64,000 bases of DNA from assembly GCF_009914755.1 (NCBI RefSeq), contig NC_060936.1. The stretch is one strand, 5' to 3'. Positions 43,991-54,584 of this stretch are shown here, piece by piece. The position numbers were made by a program, and so were the translations under genes. Position 1 is the stretch's first letter, and every line of letters starts with the position of its first letter. The notes under the pieces are model-generated. The model ran no database searches. It worked only from the letters and a program-made list of their open reading frames with translations, and was not told the DNA's origin. The stretch comes from the human T2T-CHM13v2.0 reference genome, Homo sapiens.

Positions 43991-46900
43991 TAGCCAGGAT
44001 GGTCTCGATCTCCTGACCTCATGATCTGCCCGCCTTGGCCTCCCAAAGTGCTGGGATTACAAGCATGAGCCACTGCACCTGGCCTTCCTGTTGAATTTCT
44101 TTCTTTTTTTTCCCACTAGATTGCTGTGTCCATTTAGCACTAGATAGTATTTTAAGCCCAGGTTTGTTTCAGGTCTAGAAAAGGATCAGAGTGCTGCCTG
44201 TCCCAAATGGAGAATGCCCCAAAAGTACATCCCAGCAGTATGGGAAGGCTGGTTAGGGGTTCATGTCCAGGAGACCTATGGAACACTTTTCCTACAGCAT
44301 GGTGCTGCTGAACATTCACTCTGGTTTAGTATCATCTTTGGCTGAGTTACAGAGCAGTTTCCAGGGTAGGGGATGGCAGTCCCACCATCTCCCTTTGTCT
44401 CTGGCTGTCCACAGGGCTATTTCTCCCATTAGGCATTCACAATGCTTCCTGTGGGTTGGGGCAGGGACATGTCTTCTGTCATGGAACTCAACATAGTGGG
44501 GAAGCTGATTATTCATCTTGATCTCACTTTTTCCAGTGTAAAAATTGTGAGTTGAGGAGAAATTTTCTGCATGTTTGGTTTGGGGCAAATTGAGGGAAGG
44601 GGTGTTATGGACATGGAAGTCTGATTTTCTTATCATCTACTCAGAGGTTTTTCACTTCCCTGTGACCCCAGGAACTGCTTTATCTTCATTTTTGAGTTCT
44701 GGGATATTGCTGGTGATAATCTCAGCACTGTATGCCACTTTTGGAACTGGAAGCCCCTTTCTGTCTCAGATTGTCTTTATCTCTTTTTCATTCTTGAAGG
44801 ATAGTGTTGCCATGTATATTATTATTTGATTGTTTGTTTGTTTTTTCCCACAGCACTTTGAATATATATCATCCCATGCCATTCAGACCTGCAAGATTTC
44901 TGCTAAAAACTAGTGATAGTCTCATGAGGATTCCCTCATATGTGACATGTTGTTTTTCTCTTGGTGTTTTTTCAAAAATCTTTCTTTGTCTTTGACAATT
45001 TAATTATAATATTTCTCAGTGTGGATTTTTAGGGTTCATCTTAAGTTGGGTTCCGTAAGTTTCCTGCATCTAAATGTCCATTTCCTTTCTCACATTTGAT
45101 ACTTTTTCAGCCATTATTTCTTAGAATAAGCTTTCTGCTTATTTTTTCTCTCGCTGTCTCTCTTCCTCTTCTGAGACTTCTATAATGCTTGTATTGGTCT
45201 TTCTTAATGGTGTGCTGTATATCCCTTAAGCTATCTTTGCTGTTTTTCTTTTACTCCTCTGATGAATAATTCCATGTGATCTTTCTCCAAGTTCTCTCAT
45301 TTTTTCTTCTGTTTGCTTTACTCATACATTTTACCCCTCTTTTGATTTTTTCAGTTCAGCTATTGGTATTCTTCAGCTCCATGATTTGTTTGGTCCTTTT
45401 TAAAATTTTCTCTCTTAGTTGAAATTATCCTTTTGTTTTTACATTGCTCCCCCAAGCTCATGAAGTATTTTTTGTGACACTTATTTTGATTTTTCTCTGA
45501 AGTAATTTATATATTCTCATTTCATTAGGATCAGTTTCTGGAGTTTAATCTTTTTCTTTTGTTTGGATAATGTTTCTTTGTTTCTTAATTTTCCTTGATT
45601 CTTCCTGTTGATATCTATGCATTAGAAAAAACTTTACCATCTCCCAGTCTTTCTGGATTTGTCTTGTACAGGAGAAGAGCTTCACCAATCAACCTGGCCC
45701 AAACTTTTGTGGGCCTCTCAAACCTTCATGCTAGTTCAAACTTCTGTCTTTGTTCTTAGTGGCTTCCAGACCTTTAGAGTATGCCAGGTTCTGTCAACAT
45801 TCTTAGATAGCTGGAAAAGAAGCCAAGTCATCAGGTAGCTCCTATAGAAGTTGGAAGTCTAGGTGCATGGTCCAACTCTTTCCCTCTCCAGGGATAAGCT
45901 GGTTGCTGAGGTTTTTGGGGTTTTTGTTTTTTTATCCACTTGCTCTGAATTGAGCCATAGAGAGGAGTTGTGCTGACTGCCTGGATACTAGTTCAAACCA
46001 CTGCTTTGTTCTCTGTCACTTCTAGAAGACAGTGTATGCCAGGCCATGTCAACTTTCTAAGACAGGAAGATGGAAGCCAGCTCCTCAGGTAGCACCTAAA
46101 TAATTTGGGGCATTAGATGTGCAGTCCAACTCTTTTGCTCTTCTGGAAGAAGCTGTGAGCTAGAGTTTATTGCCTACTCTTTCTGTGCTAAGCCAGGGGA
46201 GGACCTCTGGTGATTATCTGCAGGTTAATTGTAGCCACACTAAGCATATTAGTCATAGTTCTAAATTCCCTTTCTGATAATTTCAATATCCCTGCCATAT
46301 TGAAGTCTGGATCTTATGCTTGTTCTTCTCTTCAAAATGTGTCTTTTGCCTCTAAGTGTGCCTTATAATCTTTTTTTGATGTATTGCAGTTAAAGAATTA
46401 CTATAAACGGTACTTTACTAATGTGGTGGTAATATGTGGGGATGGGGATGTGTTCTGTAGTCCTGTGATTAGGTCTCAGTCTTTTAGTGAAACTGTGTAT
46501 CTGGACTATGAATTTCCCAAGTGCTTCTCCATCTCCCACACTCTCCCCAACCTCTTAGATTTGGGGACAAGATGGTTAGAGTAGGCTGGAGTTGGTTATT
46601 TTCCTTCCCTCAAGTCAGTTAAGCTCTAGCAAAACCCCAATAATTTAGGCTCTGGTAAATTAGTTTCTCTGGAGAGCAGACATTCTTAAGAAGAACAAAA
46701 GGTTCTGGCAAATTTCAAAAGGTTTCTTTCCCCCTTCATCACCATAAGCATGAAGGAATTTTCCTCCAATATTCACTGTGAAAACCTGGTCAACCTTCTG
46801 GATTTTAAAATTCACAAAACTATGGCTTCAGCCCTAGGACTGGGTTGCACTGGAGTTTTTCCACACTGAGCCTCCGGCAATTTGTCAGTTACAGTTCACA

Positions 46901-49900
46901 TTTTGCTACCCAGGCATTGGTTCTCATGGAGATTTTTTTCTTGGGAGTTTCAACTCCTGTAAGTTGGGATTCTCTGTCTCTCCAATTTGTAGGACAATTG
47001 TTTGCCCTGTGACCTTGCTCCTCTGACAGATCTAAGAAGAGTTGTTCATTTTTCAGTTTGTTCAGGCTTTTACTTGTAATTAGGATGGCATGGTGACTTT
47101 CAATCTCTTTACATGCTAGAGCAGAGACCAAAAGTCTCATGATAGCTTTACAGTGATTAAAACAAAAACGTGAAGGAATAATAAATAATTGCCAAATCAA
47201 AAATAAAACCATTGAAAGTTAGATATTATCCCTTTGAACACTCTATATTTAATAAGACAAACAACAACTTGTTGAAGTTTCTCTCTAATTGAGCGTAGAA
47301 GATTCTCAAATCTCAGCTTGAGATTTGGCCATATTTTCTTCTGAGAGAATAAGGATTCTGCATAAAGCCTGATGGTTGTTGATCAATCTGTCTTCAGTCC
47401 AGCCTTCTGGATACATTTCTGGGTTTCAGGGACAGAAAGCTACATATTTAAGTAAAAACCAAAAGAACTGTTTCATTAAAATCTTTAACCCATGGGTTCC
47501 CAAATGTCCTTAGTATTGCACTCATAGAGTGAGTTATAATGCTGAGGAAACATCTGCTAATCCCTGATATGCACAGCGATGCAGTTTGCACACCTTGAGG
47601 TCTAAGTGTACCTCTGGAGAACTGCTGCATGTGGCAAAGTCTCAGTAGGGATTATATTGAATATAGAGGAACAGTATGGGATGGCGTTAAATTTCCACAA
47701 GTGCTTGATAGAGTAGCACTAGTCATCAGGAGAGAATTACTTTGCTAGATGGAACAACAGGAGATTTTTTTTTTTTTTTTGCAGTCCCGTGGAATAAATA
47801 TGGTAGAAGTTTAGGACAAATGAGACATTTCAGGAATACTTAGAGACACTTTGTGAGAAATCAGAGACTATGCATCATCATCAGGGAGTAACTAGGAGAT
47901 AAATGTAGGCCTTAATAACATTGTGTCATAATTAGTGATGCCAAATGAAATTTAGGCTGCACTATATTAATATCCATGCAATACCTTGACTTGTGCCCTC
48001 CCTACTCTTGTTACCATAAGTAAGAAGATTTTTTTCTTAGACTGAAGTGCAATCATTGAGGAAATGAGGCAAATAAGGTGAAAGAACCTCTACTAAAATC
48101 ACAACTACTCATCTGCTGAGAGGATGAAGTATCACTCATATTGGCTTACATACAGTGTGAAAGGGGATAGAGCAAGCCAATATTTATTACCCATAAGTCA
48201 CATTATTCATTCTTCAAAATGATTTTTTTGTATTAATCTATATTGAAGAAAGGACTCTTCCTAATTTCTTCTAAGGAAATTGAAGAACTTCCACTCCCCC
48301 ACCCACAGCACATTTTAAAATAAAGTACAAATCTAGTTTAAAGACCACCAACCTCGACACTGTTTCTTCCAAATTAAAACACACAAAGAAAACTTTAATA
48401 GCATCTAATAGAAAACGTTTCTTCATTACAGAACCCCAAAGAAAGAATTCCTGTGTTCTGGAGGCACAAGGAAGTGAGATGTTAGATAATTGACCATGTA
48501 ATGCTGTCCTGCTGTATTGTCTCCTGAGGAAAATACTGGATAGACAGTTTCCCTTAAGCAGAGATAAAGTTATTTCAAGAGGAATCCTCATTGATTATTT
48601 TAATATCATATTGTTTTAGTTCTAACATTTAACATTTCCTGAAAATTCTGAAACATTTTTTACTAAAGACATTTGAAATTTATATTACTCAAGGGAAGAA
48701 GTGAGAATTATTAAGTTTCTTTTTAAATTATATTAAAAATGAATTTCCCTGAGATTTCTTGCTTGTTTAAAAAAACCCATCATTCTGAGTACCTTGACTA
48801 ATTTAGAGGCAGGGACATTAATTCGTTTGCAGCCTTGAATTGTCCCTGAAGCTAAAAGGGTTTCTACAGTCCTTTAAAAGAACCTACTCTCATGACTTTT
48901 TCTCAGATTTACTCACGTCTTCCAGAGACATCAGGAATCAATATAGGGCATTTGTCCATATTAGCAACATTTTCTTTAAAAATTTATTCATTGGTAGAGG
49001 GCTAGCAAGATGGCTGAATAGGAACAGCTCTGGTCTGCAGCTCCCAGTGAGATCAACGCAGAAGGTGGGTGATTTCTGCATTTCCAACTGAGGTACCTGG
49101 CTTATCTCATTGAGACTGGTTGGATAGTGGGTGCAGCCCATATAGGGCAAGCCAAAGCAGGGTAGGGTGTCACCTCACCTGGAAAGCATAAGGGGTTGGG
49201 GAACTCCCTCCCCTAGCCAAGGGAAGCCATGAGGGACTGTGTCGTGAGGAATGGTGCATTCCCGCCCAGAAATTACTCTTTTCCCATGGTCTTCTCAACC
49301 CTCAGACCAGGAGATTCTCTCGGGTTCCTATGCCACCAGGGCCCTGGGTTTCAAGCATAAAACTGGGAGGCTGTTTGGGCAGACAGCAAACTAGCTGCAG
49401 GAGTTTCTTTTCATACCCAGTGGCACCTGGAATGCCAGCGACACAGAACCGTTCACTCCTGCCCTTAAACCCCACAACAGGAATTAATCAACCTCGCCTT
49501 CAAGGTGTACAATAATAGAGAAGAGGTAGCCAGACAGCAATGCATTTCTGAGTTACAGCTACTTGCCTCCGCTGTAAGACAGCCCACAACCACATCTCCA
49601 GCATACAAAAACTTCAGAACATCCAAGCCACAGCTCCCAGGGGCTCCTTCAAAACATCCTCATGGGCCTTGCTTCAAATGCCAAAAGCCTGGCCAGTGGG
49701 CCAAGGAATGCCCACAGCCCAGGATTCCTCCTAAGCCGTGTCCCATCTGTGTGGGACCCCACTGGAAATTGGACGGTCCAACTGGCCCAAGGCTCTGACT
49801 GACTCCTTCCCAGATCTTCTCGGCTTAGCAGCTGAAGACTGACGCTGCCCAATCGCCTCAGAAGCCTCTTGGACCATCACAGATGCTTTGGTAACTCTTA

Positions 49901-50368
49901 CAGTGGAGGGTAAGTCTGTCCCCTTCTTAATTAATATGGAGGCTACCCACTCCACATTACCTTCTTTTCAAAGGCCTGTTTCCCTCGCCTCCATAACTGT
50001 TGTGGGTATTGACGGCCAGGCTTCTAAACCTCTTAAAACTCCCCAACTCTGGTGCCAACTTGGGCATTCTTTTATGCACTCTTTAAGTTATCCCCACCTG
50101 CCCAGTTCGCTTATTAGGCCGAGACATTTTAACTAAATTATCTGCTTCCCTGACTATTCCTGGGCTACAGCCACACATCATTGCCGCCTTTTTTTCCCAG
50201 TTCAAAGCCTCCTTCACATCCTTGCCTTGTATCTCCTCACCTTAAACCACAAGTATAGGATGTCTCTACTCCCTCCTTGGTGACCAATCATGCACCCCTT
50301 ACCCTCCCATTAAAACCTAATCACCCTTACCCCACTCAACGCCAATATCCCATCCGGCAGCATGCTTT

Positions 50369-50675
50369 TTTTTTTTTTTTTTTTTTTTTTTTGAGACGGA
50401 GTCTCGCTCTGTGGCCCAGGCGGGAGTGCAGTGGCTCAATCTCGGCTCACTGCAAGCTCCGCCTCCCGGGTTCACGCCATTCTCCTGCCTCAGCCTCCTG
50501 AGTAGCTGGGACTACAGGCGCCCGCCATCACGCCCGGCTAATTTTTTTTGTATTTTTAGTAGAGACGGGGTTTCACCGTGTTAGCCAGGATGGTCTCGAT
50601 CTCCTGACCTCGTGATCCACCCGCCTCGGCCTCCCAAAGTGCTGGGATTACAAGCGTGAGCCACCGCGCCCGGCC
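50369..50675 (-). mobile_element. Young AluY (AluYi6-like) inside HERV-H pol
   Basis: Perfect 14-bp TSD CGGCAGCATGCTTT; pure T tract; sense-strand variants CACGCTTGTAAT, GTGATGGCGG, GAGATTG, CTCCCGCC, GGGCCACAG. Confidence 0.88.
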
Positions 50676-53449
50676 CGGCAGCATGCTTTAAAAGGATTAA
50701 AGCCTGTTATCGCTCGCCTGTTACAGCTGGCCTTTTAAAGCCTATAGACTCTCCTTACAATTCCCCCATTTTACCTGTCAAAAAACTGGACAAGTCTTAC
50801 AGGTTAGTTGAGGATCTGCACTTTGTCAACCAAATTGTCTTGCCTATCCACCCCGTGGTGCCAAAGCCATATAGTCTCCTGTCCTCAATACTTCCCTCCA
50901 CACCCCCTCCATAGCCCATTATTCTGTTCTGGATCTCAAACATTCTTTCTTCACTATTCCTTGCACCCTTCATCCCAGCCTCTCTTTGCTTTCACTTGGA
51001 CAGACCCTGACATCCATCAGGCTCAGTAAACTACCTGGGGTGTACTGCCACAAGGCTTTACAGACAGCCCCCATTACTTCAGTCAAGCCCAAATTTCTTC
51101 CTTATCTGCTACCTATCTTGGCATAGTTCTCATGAAAATGCACACGCTCTCCCTGCTGATCATGTCCAGCTAATCTCCCAAACCACAATCCCTTCTACAA
51201 AACAACAACTCCTTTCCTTCCTAGGCATGGTTAGGTACTTCCACCTTTGGATACCTAGTTTTACCATCCTGACTAAACCATTATGTAAACTCACAAAACC
51301 AAACCTAGCTGACCCCACAGATCCTAAATCCTTTCCCCACTCCTCTTTCCATTCCTTGAAGACAGCTTTAGAGACAGCCCCCACACTAGCTCTCCCTGAC
51401 TCAGCCCAACCCTTTTCATTACACACAGCTGAAGTAAGGGCTCTGCAGTTGGAATTCTCACACATGGACCAGGACTGCGCCCTGTAGCCTTTCTGTCCAA
51501 ACAACTTGACCTTACTGTTTTAGCCTAGCCCTCATGTCTGCGTGTGGTGGCTACTGCCACCAATAGTTTTAGAGGCCCTCAAACTCACAAACTATGCTGA
51601 ACTCTCTTTCTACAGTTCTCATAACTTCCAAAATCTATTTTCTTCCTCACCCCTGACACATATACTTTCTGTTCCCCGGCTCCTTCAGCTGTACTCACTC
51701 TTTGTTGAGTCTCCCACAGTTACCATTGTTCCTGGCCCGGACTTCAATCCGGCCTCCCACATTATTCCTGATACCACACTTGACTCCTATGACTGTATCT
51801 CTCTGATACACTTGGCATTCACTCCATTTCCCCATATTTCCTTCTTTCCTTTTCCTCACCCTGATCACACTTGGTTTATTGATGTCAGTTCCACCAGGCC
51901 TAATAGCCACTCACCAGCAAAGGCAGGCTATGCTATGGTATCTTCCACATCTATCATTGAGGACACTGCTCCGCCCCCTCCACTACCTCTCAGCAAGCCA
52001 AACTCATTGCCTTAACTCGGGCTCTCACTCTTGCAAAGGGACTATGAGTCAATATTTATACTGACCCCATATCCTGCACCACCATGCTGTTTCATGGGCT
52101 GAAAGGTTTCCTCACTATGCAAGGGTCTTCCATCATTAATGCCTCTTTAATAAAAACTCTTCTCAAGGCTGCTTTACTTCCAAAGGAAGCTGGAGTCATT
52201 CCCTGCAAGGGCCATCAAAGGGCATCAGATCCCATCGCTCAGGGCAATGATTATACTGATAAGGTAGCTAAAAAAAGCAGCTAGCATTCCAACTTCTGTC
52301 TCTCATGGCCAGTTTTTCTCCTTCTCATTGGTCACTCCTATTTACTTTCCTACTGAAGTTTCCACATATCAATCTCTTCCCACATGAGGCAAATGGTCCT
52401 TGGACCAAGGAAAATATCTCCTTCCAGCCTCACACACCCATTCTATTCTGTCATCATTTCCTAACCTCTTCCACATAGGCTACAAGCCGCTAGCCCATCT
52501 CTTAGAACCTCTCATTTCCTTTCCATCTTGGAAATCTATCCTCAAGGAAATCACTTCTCAGTGTTCCATCTGCAGGCCCCCTCCCTTCCCTATGCATCAA
52601 GCTCGGGAATTTGCCCCCACCCAGGACTGGCAAATTGACTTTACTCACATGCCTCAAGTCAGTAAACTAAAATACCACTTGGTCTGGGTAGACACTTTCA
52701 CTGGATGGGTAGAGGCCTTTCCCACAGGGTCTGCCGTCATTTCTTCCCTTCTGTCAGACATAATTCCTCAGTTTGGCCTTCCCATCTCTATACAGTCCAA
52801 TAACGGGCTGGCCTTTATTAGTCAAATCACCCAAGCAGTTTCTCAGGCTCTTGGTATTTAGTGGCTCCTGGTTTTACCTCAAGTCGCCACCCTTAAGTCT
52901 CTCTTTAAGTGGATAGAACATCTTCAATGGCAAGGTACCCTCCAATCCTTTCACCCTGATGAAGTCCTATTCTTTACTTTTATATTTACTCTTATTCTGG
53001 TTCCCATTCTTATGCCACCCTCTACCTCTCCCCAGCTATCTCCACCACACTATCAATCTCAGTCACTCTCTCCTAGCCATTTCTAATCCTTCTTTAACAA
53101 ACAATTGCTGGCTTTGCATTTCTCTTTCCTCTAAAATCACTGAGGCCTCGACTTACTCACTGCTAAAAAAATAGGGGGGACTCTGTATATTTTTAAATGA
53201 AGAGTGCTGTTTTTCCCTAAATCAATCTGGCCTGGTATATGACAACATTAAAAAAACCCCTCAAAGATAGAGCCTAAAAACTTGCCAACCAAGCAAGTAA
53301 TTATGCTAAACCCCTAAACCCCCTTGGACCCCCTTGGACACTCTCTAATTAGATGTCCTAGGTCCTCCCAATTCTTAGTCCTTTAATACCTGTTTTTCTC
53401 CTTCTCTTATTCGGATCTTGTGTCTTCCATTTAGTTTCTCAATTCATAC

Positions 53450-53880
53450 CTTCATGCGCGTCCTTGTGAAGAGACCACCAAACAGGCTTTGTGTGAGCAA
53501 CATGGCTGTTTATTTCACCTGGGTGCAGGTGGGCTGAGTCCAAAAAGAGAGTCAGCGAAGGGAGATGGATTATCATTAGTTCTTATAGATTTTGGGATAG
53601 GCGGTGAAGTTAAGAGCAATGTTTTGTGGGCAGGGGTGGATCTCACAAAGTACATTCTCAAGGGTGGAGAGAATTGCAACAAACCTTCTTAAGGGTGGGG
53701 GAGATTACAAAGTACATTGATCAGTTAGAGTGGGGCAGGAACAAATCACAATGGTGGAATGTCATCAGTTAAGGCTATTTTTACTTCTTTTGTGGATCTT
53801 CAGTTACTTCAGGCCATCTGGGTGTATACGTGCAAGTCACAGGGGATGTGATGGCTTGGCTTGGGCTCAGAGGCCTGACA
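53450..53880 (-). mobile_element. Solo LTR7-family LTR (7B/7Y-type) in reverse orientation
   Basis: Reverse complement reads TGTCAGGCCTCTGAGCCCAAGCC...GGACGCGCATGAA; flanks CATAC/AATAC. Confidence 0.93.
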
Positions 53881-54123
53881 AATACAAAACTGCATCCAGG
53901 CCATCATCAATAATTCTATACGACAAATGCTCCTTCTAGCAATCCCACAATATCACCCCTTACTACAAAATCTTCCTTCAGCTTAATCTCTCCCACTCTA
54001 GGTTCCCACATCACCCCTAATCCCGCTCGAAGCAACCCTGAGAAACATCGCCCATTATCTCTGCTGCCCCAACACTTTACCACTATTTTGTTTATTTTTC
54101 TTATTAATATAAGAAGACAGGAA

Positions 54124-54584
54124 TGTCAGGCCTCTGAGCCTAAGCTAAGCCATCATATCCCCAGTGACCTGCAGGTATACATCCAGATGGCCTGAAGCAA
54201 CTGAAGATCCACAAAAAAGTGAAAATAGCCTTAACTGATGACTTTCCACCATTGTGATTTATTTCTGTCCCAACCTAACTGATCTATGTACTTTGTAATC
54301 TCCCCCACCCTTAGGAAGGTTCTTTATAATCTTCCCCACCCTTAAGAAGATTCTTTGTAATTCTCCCCACCCTTGAGAATGTACTTTGTGAGATCCGCCC
54401 CATGCCCTCAAAACGTTGCTCTTAACTCCACCGCCTATTCCAAAACCTATGAGAACCAATGATAATCCCACCACCCTTTGCTGACTCCTTTTTCGGACTC
54501 AGCCCGCCTGCACCCAGGTGAAATAAACAGCCTTGTTGCTCACACAAAGCCTGTTTGGTGGTCTCTTCACATGGACACATGAAA
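54124..54584 (+). mobile_element. HERV-H 3' LTR (LTR7B-like)
   Basis: TGTCAGGCCTCTGAGCC start, CCCCACCCTTAAGAAG-type repeats, AATAAA at ~54522, complete U5 ending CATGAAA. Confidence 0.95.

Larger units (their letters stand above)
49460..54123 (+). mobile_element. HERV-H internal region (3' gag, pro, pol, env remnant), no 5' LTR
   Basis: Zinc knuckle CFKCQKPGQWAKEC; protease-like VPFLINMEATHSTL; RNase H TWFIDVSS; integrase DWQIDFTHMP...VDTFTGWVEAFP; polypurine tract AAGAAGACAGGAA before the LTR. Confidence 0.93.

Noticed and set aside
47100-48970. Apparently non-repetitive stretch as a possible exon or enhancer
   Set aside because: No convincing ORF, splice pair or motif cluster by eye; part may be a very old CR1/L3-like remnant. 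Conservation data would be needed.
49460-54584. HERV-H as an L1-mobilised processed copy, or the inverted LTR as its own relocated 5' LTR (autointegration)
   Set aside because: The 3' LTR has complete U5 and no poly(A). The inverted LTR has its own TSD-like flanks, differs in repeat number from the 3' LTR, and the internal sequence is not inverted.
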